In this document: positions 1 through 8,504 of the stretch, in pieces | How positions within the stretch are numbered: the stretch's first letter is position 1 | Layout of the letters: the number at the start of each line of letters is the position of its first letter | Assembly: GCA_964276235.1 (NCBI GenBank) | Contig: CAXYEK010000002.1 | Coordinates: forward strand, 69,216 to 133,215 | Direction of reading: 5' to 3' | Length of the DNA stretch: 64,000 nucleotides | Source: an uncultured SAR86 cluster bacterium | GTDB lineage: Bacteria > Pseudomonadota > Gammaproteobacteria > Magnimaribacterales > D2472 | Translations under genes and position numbers: made by a program | Notes under the pieces: generated by a model | Database searches by the model: none | What the model saw: the letters and a program-made list of their open reading frames with translations, nothing else | Told to the model about the DNA's origin: nothing

Positions 1-214
1 GGCCATCCAATCCGGCAATCATTTCTCCCGCCTGTTGAGCATGAACTAATGATTCTGCAGCTTGTTCTTTTAGGAAAGCTACTATAGGTAAACGATAAGG
101 TCCTGTAACCATCATAGAGGAGTGGGTATACCTAACAACTCCAGCTAATTCAGACTCCATTATCTCGTTTAATATTTCACATACCTGTTCTTGATTCATC
201 TCTTGCATTGGCAT
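1..214 (-). CDS. ferritin-like (bacterioferritin-family) protein, N-terminal 71 codons; gene runs off the window start
   Basis: Own reverse-strand translation from ATG (complement of 212-214): MPMQEMNQEQVCEILNEIMESELAGVVRYTHSSMMVTGPYRLPIVAFLKEQAAESLVHAQQAGEMIAGLDG... The helix pattern and E/Y/E..H spacing resemble the first helices of ferritin-like di-iron proteins. Absent from the ORF track because it is open at the window edge. Confidence 0.5.
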   Translation of the reverse strand, partial: MPMQEMNQEQVCEILNEIMESELAGVVRYTHSSMMVTGPYRLPIVAFLKEQAAESLVHAQQAGEMIAGLDG

Positions 215-310
215 TATTTTGCTCCTTAAGTGTATAAATAATGATTTGATTTCGATAAATATAAGATATTTATATTAATATGTAAAGCACTGATATAAGG
301 TATTTATTTA

Positions 311-338
311 ATGATAATCGTTCTGATAATCATTCTCA
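311..338. promoter_or_regulatory. Fur-box-like site upstream of the ferritin-like gene
   Basis: aatGATAATcgttctGATAATCATTcTCa. Positions 325-337 match 12/13 of the 3' part of the Fur consensus GATAATGATAATCATTATC. A further GATAAT lies at 313-318. The site is about 100-120 nt upstream of the minus-strand ATG at 214. Confidence 0.35.
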
Positions 339-339
339 T

Positions 340-1602
340 TTAATTTGCTCTTGGTAGCTCATACCAGTTAGTTGTGTATTTAGGAGATGTCATATTTTGT
401 TTCATGGGCGACCATTGATTTGTATTCTGTGAAGCAAAATAAATTTGAGTTTCGTAAGTATTTAATCGATCTATATATTTCATAAATTTTGAATCTTCTT
501 TAGGATCATTAGGATCTTTAAATAAAGAATATTGTTTTGATGTTTCGTTTGAGAACCTACTTAATAAAATTCCTGCTTTTGCATAATCATAGCCTGACCT
601 GAAGATTGGCATTAAAGCTCTTTTCGCTGCAATTAAAATGTCTCTCGTGTCATTAGTGGGAGTAAAGAGTTCTATGGTTTTATATCCAGTATGTTGAGGT
701 TTGTGATCTCTAAAAGGACTAGTCCGAACAAAGACTGAAACTTGAGAACATTTTTGCTTTTCATTTCTTAATTTTTCAGAAGCTCTTACTGCAAAGTTAC
801 TCACTATAGGTTTTAGGGTTTCCAAATTAGTCACTCTGGTTCCAAAACTACGACTAACTACAATTTGTTTTTTTGCCGTAATACTATTTTCTATATTGAG
901 GCACCTTTGACCTCTAAGTTCTCTAACTGTTCTCTCCAAGACAACACTAAATTTACGTTTGATATGTTGTGGATCTATATCTGCCAGATGAAGAGCATTT
1001 GTAATTTTAGCTTTATTGAGATGTTCGTTAAGTCTTCTGCCAACTCCCCAGACATCTTGGACAGGCGTATTAGCCAAAGCATGCCTAACTTCATCTGTTG
1101 TATAGAGTCTATGAACCTTTGTTGGAGTATTTAGTCTCTTAACCTCGTTAAGAGCTATTTTAGTTAAAGTTTTAGTTGGGGCGATGCCAATACGAACAGG
1201 GACACCAGTCCATTGCTTTACTAAGGTTCTCATATGGCAGCTAAAATCATATAGATTATAGTTTTGCTCTAAAGTATCTAAGTCTAAAAAAGCCTCATCA
1301 ATACTATAAATCTCTACTCTAGGAACAAAGCCTTCTAGAATATTCATAACCCTGGCTGACATATCTCCGTAAAAGGTAAAGTTAGATGAGAAAACTTGAC
1401 CGCCTTGATTGAGAAAATCATTTTTCACTTTAAACCAAGGAACTCCCATGCCAATTCCCATTTTCTTTGCTTCAGTACTTCTTGCAATAACACAACCATC
1501 ATTATTAGAGAGAACAACTATAGGAATATTTTTTAGATCAGGGCGAAAGATTCTTTCGCACGAAGCATAAAAGCTTTCGCAATCAACTAAAGCCAAAGCC
1601 AT
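340..1602 (-). CDS. umuC: DNA polymerase V catalytic subunit UmuC (Y-family polymerase)
   Basis: 420 aa. The N-terminus MALALVDCESFYASCERIFRPDL...VVLSNNDGCVIARS is the canonical UmuC/Y-family start. Start overlaps the umuD stop (TAATG). Confidence 0.9.
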   Translation of the reverse strand: MALALVDCESFYASCERIFRPDLKNIPIVVLSNNDGCVIARSTEAKKMGIGMGVPWFKVKNDFLNQGGQVFSSNFTFYGDMSARVMNILEGFVPRVEIYSIDEAFLDLDTLEQNYNLYDFSCHMRTLVKQWTGVPVRIGIAPTKTLTKIALNEVKRLNTPTKVHRLYTTDEVRHALANTPVQDVWGVGRRLNEHLNKAKITNALHLADIDPQHIKRKFSVVLERTVRELRGQRCLNIENSITAKKQIVVSRSFGTRVTNLETLKPIVSNFAVRASEKLRNEKQKCSQVSVFVRTSPFRDHKPQHTGYKTIELFTPTNDTRDILIAAKRALMPIFRSGYDYAKAGILLSRFSNETSKQYSLFKDPNDPKEDSKFMKYIDRLNTYETQIYFASQNTNQWSPMKQNMTSPKYTTNWYELPRAN

Positions 1603-2030
1603 TAGAATTTATTAATAGCTGCTGTAACAGTTCCTACTATTTCTAATTCTTGACCATGATTAATAAAGATAGGAGGGTAGTCTGGGTTATCTGGCATCAA
1701 ACACATCTTTGGCTTGAGCTTTAAACGCTTGCATACAAATTCTCCGTCAATAGAGGCAACTACAATACTGTTATGAGCAGGCTTCACACTTCTATCAACA
1801 ACAAGTACCGCTTGATCTGTAATTCCAGAACCAATCATTGATTGGCCTTGAGCTCTAACTAAGAAAGTTGCAGCACCATTTTTAATAAGATGTTTATTAA
1901 GATCTATTGGACTCTCTATATAGTCACTTGCAGGGCTGGGGAACCCTGCATGCACTGACTCAAGAAAATAAGGGACAAATATGGCCGGCAGATTTTCTTC
2001 AGAGATTTTTCCGATGTAGTTAACTTTCAT
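1602..2030 (-). CDS. umuD: UmuD, LexA-like S24 self-cleaving peptidase subunit of Pol V
   Basis: 142 aa. Has AGFPSPA (Ala-Gly cleavage site), GQSM (catalytic Ser) and CKRLK (Lys). Sits directly upstream of umuC. Confidence 0.9.
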   Translation of the reverse strand: MKVNYIGKISEENLPAIFVPYFLESVHAGFPSPASDYIESPIDLNKHLIKNGAATFLVRAQGQSMIGSGITDQAVLVVDRSVKPAHNSIVVASIDGEFVCKRLKLKPKMCLMPDNPDYPPIFINHGQELEIVGTVTAAINKF

Positions 2031-2046
2031 AAGGGTTTTTTATTAG

Positions 2047-2066
2047 TACTGTACAAATATACAGTA
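2047..2066. promoter_or_regulatory. LexA (SOS) box
   Basis: TACTGTACAAATATACAGTA, a perfect CTGT-N8-ACAG gammaproteobacterial SOS box, 17 nt upstream of the umuD ATG. Confidence 0.85.
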
Positions 2067-2158
2067 TAAATTAAATGACGACAATATCTTTTTTATCTAT
2101 CAATGAATGTGCAGAATTATGATCACTATGTTGAGATAATTTTGTGTAAGATAAACCT

Positions 2159-2638
2159 ATGTTTGATTTTTCTAAAGTATTACCTAAGGTAGCCAATAAT
2201 GAGCTTAATAGCCCAAAAATTGCTTTGTGGGCCTTTGTATTATTTACAGCGCTTATGACTTGGAGATCTATCGTACATATGTTTTTTGAGTCTTGGGGCT
2301 TTCATGGTATTGCAAATTTTATTGTTTTAACTGGCGACCCTGATCCAATGCCGGTGATCTATAGATTTTTCTCAATGTGGGGGTCGGCTCAGCTTCTTTT
2401 TTGTCTTGTATGTTGGACAGTAATTTTTAAATATAAATCTCTTATACCTTTGATGAATATATTTTGGATGATCGATTGGGGGCAGAGATTATTTATTTAT
2501 CCCTTTATTAGGGAAGATATAACCGTTGTAGGCCTATATAACAATGATCTTACTCCAGGATCAGAGCTAGCTTCGATGGCATTCGCAATGACAGTATTAT
2601 TGTTTTTAATATCTGTAGCTAATAGAAAAGAGAAGTAA
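2159..2638 (+). CDS. hypothetical polytopic membrane protein
   Basis: 159-aa ORF with about 4 hydrophobic segments and no motif I recognise. Divergent from umuD. Confidence 0.45.
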   Translation: MFDFSKVLPKVANNELNSPKIALWAFVLFTALMTWRSIVHMFFESWGFHGIANFIVLTGDPDPMPVIYRFFSMWGSAQLLFCLVCWTVIFKYKSLIPLMNIFWMIDWGQRLFIYPFIREDITVVGLYNNDLTPGSELASMAFAMTVLLFLISVANRKEK

Positions 2639-3352
2639 TTAGGAAATAGAAAATTTTTCTAAATCAAAATCTTGATCATTAATATTTAGGACCCATCCAT
2701 GATTTCCCCAATCTCCAAGAACAACTCTTTTAGAAGATTCGACATCATGAATATTAGGCCTGTGAGTATGGCCATGAATAAATAGGTCGGGTTGATGTTC
2801 ATTCATAAAACCTAAAACTGATTGCTCATTTACATCGGTAATAGCTTTTGATTTTTTAGAAGTTGCCTCTTTACTACCTGTTCTTAAGTCAGCAGCAATT
2901 TGTTTACGCTCATCAAGACTTTTGCTTAAAAAATTAGACTGCCAATCTTTTTCTCTAACTTGGTTTCTGAAATCAATATATTCTTTATCATCAGTGCACA
3001 AGAAGTCGCCATGGCTAAGAACAACTTTCTGGCCATTAATTTCTAAAGTATAGGGATCGGGGAGAATACTTATACCAGTATCTTTTGCAAACAATTCACC
3101 AACTAAAAAATCTCTATTACCATGCATAAAGAAAGTTTCTGGGCCATTGGTTGTAAAAGATAAAAGAGCTTCTCTAATTTCATTGTAGAGAGGTGAGTTA
3201 TCATCGTCTCCAATCCAGCTTTCAAATAGATCGCCTAAAATATAGAGATGAGTGCAGGTCTCTTTAGACTCATTTAAGAATCTAAAGAAAGCTTGCGTAA
3301 GTTGTGGTTGTGATTCGCTTAAATGTATATCTGATATAAAGCGAGGCTTCAT
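2639..3352 (-). CDS. lpxH: UDP-2,3-diacylglucosamine diphosphatase LpxH
   Basis: 237 aa. Calcineurin-like metallophosphoesterase motifs: [29 protein letters not shown]. Confidence 0.85.
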   Translation of the reverse strand: MKPRFISDIHLSESQPQLTQAFFRFLNESKETCTHLYILGDLFESWIGDDDNSPLYNEIREALLSFTTNGPETFFMHGNRDFLVGELFAKDTGISILPDPYTLEINGQKVVLSHGDFLCTDDKEYIDFRNQVREKDWQSNFLSKSLDERKQIAADLRTGSKEATSKKSKAITDVNEQSVLGFMNEHQPDLFIHGHTHRPNIHDVESSKRVVLGDWGNHGWVLNINDQDFDLEKFSIS

Positions 3353-3969
3353 TCAGCAACAGTTACCGATTCAATAGTAATAACTTCAACAGGTACATCT
3401 TGATGTCCGCCAGTAGAACCAGTTTCAACATCAGCAATTGCATCTACTACATCCATACCTTCAGTTACTTTACCGAATACTGCATATCCCCATCCTTGTG
3501 AGTTTTCTCCAGTATGATTCAAGAAACCATTATCTTTATGGTTTACAAAGAATTGACCTGTAGCTGAATGAGGTTCCATAGTTCTTGCCATTGCAACAGT
3601 TCCACGATCGTTTGTTAGACCATTATTTGCTTCATTTTGAATTGGAGCAGTGCCACTAGACTTATTGCTCATGTCTGCATTAAGGCCGCCACCTTGAACC
3701 ATGAAGCCATTAATAACTCTGTGGAAGATAGTTCCGTCGTAATAACCAGACTTGGCTATTGCAACAAAGTTTTCAACAGTAATAGGGGCTTTTTCACCGT
3801 CTAGTTCTAAATGAATATCTCCAACGGAAGTTTTTATAGTAACTTGTGTCATGCTCGTCTCCTGAATAATTGGCATTTCAGCTTCATCGCTTTTGTTAGA
3901 ACAAGAATTAAGTACAAATGTGAGAGCAAAAGTACATAAACCTAGTTTGTATATATTATTATTTTTCAC
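3349..3969 (-). CDS. ppiA: cyclophilin-type peptidyl-prolyl cis-trans isomerase, lipoprotein/periplasmic
   Basis: 206 aa. Signal peptide with lipobox LNSC. Cyclophilin core: [13 protein letters not shown]...GTVAMAR...SQFFV. The lpxH-ppi adjacency is typical. Confidence 0.85.
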   Translation of the reverse strand: MKNNNIYKLGLCTFALTFVLNSCSNKSDEAEMPIIQETSMTQVTIKTSVGDIHLELDGEKAPITVENFVAIAKSGYYDGTIFHRVINGFMVQGGGLNADMSNKSSGTAPIQNEANNGLTNDRGTVAMARTMEPHSATGQFFVNHKDNGFLNHTGENSQGWGYAVFGKVTEGMDVVDAIADVETGSTGGHQDVPVEVITIESVTVAE

Positions 3970-4005
3970 AGACTTAGCTTTAAATTTAAAAAGTTGATTT
4001 TATCA

Positions 4006-5124
4006 TTAAAAATCATAGTTAAGCATGTAGTCTCTAAATTCATCCCTTACATTTTTTTCGTTCAAACCAAATTCCTTTAATGAATATCGATGCAATGATT
4101 TAGATGTTGTTTGACCTTGAGAAAGATAGTTCTCAATATTATTTTCAGTTTCAATTGTCATATCAAAACCTAATTGAAGATAGGCAGACTTAACCTGGTT
4201 TAATGGACTTGCAATAAAGTCTTGATAATTAATATCTACAATTTGATTCGAAGATAAATTTTTTCTATCTTCCATGCCTTTATTAAGGTTGTGTTTCCAG
4301 AAATCTATAACAGTGCTCCCAATATCACTAGTATTCACTTTTTTTGAAAAGGAGGATCTTATATTTTTAGTTAAGCTACAAAAAGATGCCACTGCTTCAG
4401 TCGGATCTCTATGTATATGAATAAACTTAGCTTTAGGATATGTCTTAAGTATTTCTGGAAGATGTCCAATATGACTTGGATCTTTTAGGAGCCATCTTTT
4501 TGGTCGCCCATTTATTTCCAACGCCTGAAAGAATCTTTTATGCCACATAAATACTGAATCAAAAGGACAGTTTTTTAAATACTCTACATATTCTGGAACA
4601 TCAGCCATGCACATATAAACAAAACTTTTAACGTTTATTGTAGCTATTTGCTCACACTCCTCTGGACTATTTGCTCTTATAGTATGCATCTCTCTAAGTT
4701 TTGGTATTAATGTCTTAGCCAATGTAAGTTCTCTATTGGTCTTTTTCTCTCTTTTTATCTTTTCTCTACTACTTTTTACCATCGGAAAAGGATGCATAAT
4801 CTCCCAATACAATGGCGACCTATGAGAACTATCAAGAGACAATAAATTAAACAATAAAGTAGTTCCAGATCTCGGTAATCCTATTACAAAAACAGGATCT
4901 GCTGGATCAGTAAAATTATTTTCTTGATGCAAGTTATAAAGATCTCTTCTCACTTTAAGTCTACTTTTTAACTGATGATTAAATGCAATCTTTCCAAAGG
5001 GATTAAATTTATTATGTTTATTTAATGAATGAATAAGAATCTCAAGGGGCTCAACATAGTCATCTTCGCCTAGCTTGCCATTAAGACCTCTAAGCATTGA
5101 TTTAACAGTGAATTGTTGCTTCAC
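4006..5124 (-). CDS. PAPS-dependent sulfotransferase family protein
   Basis: 372 aa. 5'-PSB-like motif GLPRSGTTLL and 3'-PB-like IHRDPTEAVAS. GTG start in the track; an internal ATG at about 5097 is an alternative. Confidence 0.65.
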   Translation of the reverse strand: MKQQFTVKSMLRGLNGKLGEDDYVEPLEILIHSLNKHNKFNPFGKIAFNHQLKSRLKVRRDLYNLHQENNFTDPADPVFVIGLPRSGTTLLFNLLSLDSSHRSPLYWEIMHPFPMVKSSREKIKREKKTNRELTLAKTLIPKLREMHTIRANSPEECEQIATINVKSFVYMCMADVPEYVEYLKNCPFDSVFMWHKRFFQALEINGRPKRWLLKDPSHIGHLPEILKTYPKAKFIHIHRDPTEAVASFCSLTKNIRSSFSKKVNTSDIGSTVIDFWKHNLNKGMEDRKNLSSNQIVDINYQDFIASPLNQVKSAYLQLGFDMTIETENNIENYLSQGQTTSKSLHRYSLKEFGLNEKNVRDEFRDYMLNYDF

Positions 5125-5187
5125 AATATTGATTACCTCTATTAACTATAAGATACTCTTTATTAGTTAAATGCTCAATTATGATTT

Positions 5188-5607
5188 ATGAATATACTTT
5201 TTCTATGCGTAGCTAATTCAGCTAGAAGCCAAATGGCAGAAGGGCTTGCTAAATCAATGCTAGGTAACAAACATAACATCCAAAGTGCTGGATCTATTCC
5301 TTCAGGAGAGATTCATCCTCATGCAATTCAAGCAATGGATGATATAGGTATCGATATTCGTGATCAGTATTCTAAATCTATAGATGATTTAGATAAGAAT
5401 TTTATAGATAATTTAGACTATGCAATAACACTTTGTGCAGAAGAAGTATGTCCAGTATTAGGATCAGATGCTAATAACCTTCATTGGTTAAATGAAGATC
5501 CTGCAAATGAAAATTATTCTGATAAGCAATTAAAAAATTCTTTTTCAAACACAAGAGAAAATCTTTTTAAATTGATCAAGAAATTTATGATCATGAATGT
5601 ACAATAA
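5188..5607 (+). CDS. low-molecular-weight phosphatase family protein (ArsC-like arsenate reductase / LMW-PTP)
   Basis: 139 aa. N-terminal CX5R(S) P-loop (LCVANSARS) plus a second Cys pair (LCAEEVCP). Confidence 0.6.
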   Translation: MNILFLCVANSARSQMAEGLAKSMLGNKHNIQSAGSIPSGEIHPHAIQAMDDIGIDIRDQYSKSIDDLDKNFIDNLDYAITLCAEEVCPVLGSDANNLHWLNEDPANENYSDKQLKNSFSNTRENLFKLIKKFMIMNVQ

Positions 5608-5616
5608 GAGCTTAAG

Positions 5617-5691
5617 TGGCTCCCGAAGTTGGGATCGAACCAACGACCAATTGATTAACAGTCAACTGCTCTACCGCTGAGCTATTCGGGA
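5617..5691 (-). tRNA. tRNA-Asn (anticodon GUU)
   Basis: The reverse complement folds as a cloverleaf: TCCCGAA/TTCGGGA acceptor, anticodon loop CTGTTAA, TTCGATC T-loop, encoded CCA. 75 nt. Confidence 0.9.
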
Positions 5692-5703
5692 ACGCGGACG
5701 TGC

Positions 5704-5709
5704 ATTATA
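5704..5709 (-). promoter_or_regulatory. -10 hexamer (TATAAT) of the tRNA-Asn promoter
   Basis: Plus-strand attata equals TATAAT on the minus strand, 12 nt upstream of the mature tRNA 5' end. A GC-rich discriminator (gcacgtccgcg) follows it in an otherwise AT-rich spacer. Confidence 0.45.
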
Positions 5710-5732
5710 AGTAATTTTTAATAGATAAGTAA

Positions 5733-7742
5733 ATGACAAAAACACTAAAGGTTGTATCTAATTTTGAGCCAGCAGGATCTCAGCCTGATGCTATAAAAAG
5801 TTTAACCAGCGGATTAGATGATGGATTGCTTCACCAGACACTTTTAGGAGTCACTGGTTCTGGTAAAACTTATACTATGGCTAAGGTTATTGAGGAGACT
5901 CAGAGACCTGCAATTATTATGGCCCATAATAAAACATTAGCTGCACAGCTATATGGAGAGTTTAAAGATTTCTTTCCTGAGAATTCTGTTGAGTACTTTG
6001 TTTCTTATTATGATTATTATCAACCTGAGGCTTACGTCCCAACTTCTGATACTTATATAGCTAAAGATGCTTCTATTAATGAACACATTGAGCAAATGCG
6101 TTTATCAGCAACAAAAGCTTTGCTAGAAAGAAAAGATACTATTGTTATAGCGACTGTTTCATCTATCTATGGATTAGGAGCTCCTGAGTCTTATCTCAAA
6201 ATGGTAGTTCATTTAGACAGAGGAGACATTATTGATCAAAGAGATTTACTCCGTCGCCTTTCATCTCTTCAATATACTCGGAACGATTTAGATTTTAGAA
6301 GGGCAACTTTTAGAGTTCGAGGAGATACGATTGATATCTACCCTGCTGATTCAGATAGTGAAGGGCTAAGAATAGAATTATTTGGTGATGAAATTGAAAA
6401 GCTATCTTGGTTTGATCCATTAACAGGGGCTATTATCAGAGAAGTGCCTCGAGCAACCATCTTTCCTAAAACACATTATGTAACTCCAAAAGAAACAGTT
6501 TTAAATTGTATCGATAGTATTAAGGAGGAACTTAAAGAACGTTTAGATTACTTAAGATCAATTAATAAGCTTGTAGAAGCCCAAAGGCTAGAAGAAAGAA
6601 CTAATTACGATATAGAGATGATGAGAGAGCTAGGTTATTGTCAGGGAGTGGAGAACTACTCAAGATATCTTTCTGGAAGAAATCCAGGACAATCCCCACC
6701 TTGTTTATTTGATTATATTCCTAAAGATGCCATCGTTTTTATCGATGAATCACACGTTTCTGTGCCTCAAATAGGCGCTATGTACAAAGGAGACCGTTCT
6801 AGAAAGGAAACCCTTGTAGAATATGGCTTTAGACTACCTTCAGCTATGGATAATAGGCCTCTAAAGTTCGAGGAATGGGAGCTTTTAGCCTCTCAAAGGG
6901 TCTATGTATCAGCCACACCAAGTCGATATGAGAAAGAGCATCAAGATAACCTAGTTGAATTACTTATTAGACCTACAGGACTAACTGATCCAGACGTAGA
7001 AATAAGACCAGCTTCCACTCAAATTGATGATGTAATTGGTGAGTGTAATGAAAGAGTTGCATTGAAAGAAAGAGTTTTAATTACAACATTAACAAAAAGA
7101 ATGGCCGAAGATCTTACAGATTACTTAAATGAAAATGGAATACAAGCAAGGTACATGCATTCAGATACAGATACAGTTGAACGTGTAGAAATTATTCGTG
7201 ATTTAAGATTAGGTAAATTTGATGTCTTAGTTGGAATCAATTTATTAAGAGAAGGGCTAGATATTCCAGAGGTAAGTTTAGTAGCAATATTGGATGCAGA
7301 TAAAGAAGGTTTCTTAAGATCTGAGACAACCATGATTCAGACAATTGGAAGAGCCGCTAGAAATTTAAGAGGCAGAGCAATTTTATATGCTGACAAAATT
7401 ACAGGTTCTATGGAACGAGCAATTGCAGAAACTGACAGAAGAAGAGCTATCCAAGAAAAATATAATAAAGAAAATAACATAACTCCAAAATCAATTAGTA
7501 CAAAAGTAAAAGACATTATGGAAGGGGCGAGAGTTGTCAAAGGAAAGGCAAAAGCTAAGAAAGAAGATATCGAAAAATCACTGCCTTTTAAAATTCAAGA
7601 TGACTCTTTTGACAACCTAAGTGAGACCATTCAAAAGATCGAAAATCAGATGTATATTTATGCCAAAGAAATGGAATTTGAGAAAGCTGCACAGTGCAGA
7701 GACAAGATGAAATATCTTAAAAGAAAGTTAATTGATCTTTAG
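5733..7742 (+). CDS. uvrB: excinuclease ABC subunit B
   Basis: 669 aa. GVTGSGKT Walker A, helicase motifs, C-terminal UVR domain ([11 protein letters not shown]). Confidence 0.97.
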   Translation: MTKTLKVVSNFEPAGSQPDAIKSLTSGLDDGLLHQTLLGVTGSGKTYTMAKVIEETQRPAIIMAHNKTLAAQLYGEFKDFFPENSVEYFVSYYDYYQPEAYVPTSDTYIAKDASINEHIEQMRLSATKALLERKDTIVIATVSSIYGLGAPESYLKMVVHLDRGDIIDQRDLLRRLSSLQYTRNDLDFRRATFRVRGDTIDIYPADSDSEGLRIELFGDEIEKLSWFDPLTGAIIREVPRATIFPKTHYVTPKETVLNCIDSIKEELKERLDYLRSINKLVEAQRLEERTNYDIEMMRELGYCQGVENYSRYLSGRNPGQSPPCLFDYIPKDAIVFIDESHVSVPQIGAMYKGDRSRKETLVEYGFRLPSAMDNRPLKFEEWELLASQRVYVSATPSRYEKEHQDNLVELLIRPTGLTDPDVEIRPASTQIDDVIGECNERVALKERVLITTLTKRMAEDLTDYLNENGIQARYMHSDTDTVERVEIIRDLRLGKFDVLVGINLLREGLDIPEVSLVAILDADKEGFLRSETTMIQTIGRAARNLRGRAILYADKITGSMERAIAETDRRRAIQEKYNKENNITPKSISTKVKDIMEGARVVKGKAKAKKEDIEKSLPFKIQDDSFDNLSETIQKIENQMYIYAKEMEFEKAAQCRDKMKYLKRKLIDL

Positions 7743-8442
7743 GATTGGTACAAGAATGTGCTGCCATTAAATCGTAATAACTTCGAATTCTATAAACATA
7801 GTCAATCGCTTGCTGACCTCTTGAGTAACCATTTACATCAACAAGATTTACGTCTTCACCGTTTATATTTTTAAGCTTATCTTCGATATCAATCCAAGTT
7901 ATTTCTGATGGAATCTTATCAATAGTTTTAGCAATATTTATAATATTAGTAGGTCCTAAATTATAGCTAGCTAAAGTTATAGATAACTGGTCTGCGGTTG
8001 TTTTTCCAAAAACATTCTTCTCTTTTAATATAGCTAAATACCTAGCTCCGCCTTTAATATTCTGCTCAGGATTTAATCTTTTCTCTACACCAACGAGAGC
8101 TGCTGTTTCAAGGGTAACCATCATCATTCCTCGTACTCCCATATTAGATTTTGCACGAGGATCCCATTGGGATTCTTGGAATGATATTGCAGCTAATAAA
8201 TCTGAATTGATAGATGTTTCTATGGAGGCTTCTTTAAACATTTCTTCATAAAGTGAAAAACGTTTAATCAAAAGATTTGAAAATTTATCCCTTTCAAAAT
8301 TATTTAAAGGTGAGTTTTTATAGACCTCAATAAGTTGATTTTCACATAACTCAATCTGTCTTTTTTCAGAGTCAAAAGAATCACAACCACTCAACAAAAA
8401 AATCGCTGAGATGCCAAAAAAAACTTTAAAGATATTCCCCAT
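7717..8442 (-). CDS. lytic transglycosylase (SLT domain) lipoprotein, MltF C-terminal-domain-like
   Basis: 241 aa. Lipobox LLSGC and SLT catalytic motif [10 protein letters not shown]...GVRGMMMV. Divergent from purL, as mltF is in enterics. 3' end overlaps uvrB by 26 nt. Confidence 0.75.
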   Translation of the reverse strand: MGNIFKVFFGISAIFLLSGCDSFDSEKRQIELCENQLIEVYKNSPLNNFERDKFSNLLIKRFSLYEEMFKEASIETSINSDLLAAISFQESQWDPRAKSNMGVRGMMMVTLETAALVGVEKRLNPEQNIKGGARYLAILKEKNVFGKTTADQLSITLASYNLGPTNIINIAKTIDKIPSEITWIDIEDKLKNINGEDVNLVDVNGYSRGQQAIDYVYRIRSYYDLMAAHSCTNPKDQLTFF

Positions 8443-8504
8443 TTTTAATTATTTTTTTCAAAAGACTTTATAATTGTTCTATACAATATTTCAGACCGAG
8501 AGAA

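Noticed and set aside
5608-5732. SOS box expected upstream of uvrB.
   Set aside because: No CTGT-N8-ACAG motif is present. The only CTG/CAG-rich stretch is inside the tRNA-Asn gene.
7121-7540. Antisense ORFs of 67-70 aa inside uvrB. Similar ones lie inside umuC (865-1134), purL (9395-9973, 10591-10909), alaS, lysC, pyrC-like, thrC, prfB, lysS, argG, argB, argH, ACAD and ABC genes.
   Set aside because: All lie wholly within strongly conserved genes on the opposite strand. They have no recognisable motifs or translation signals, and they are of the size expected by chance.
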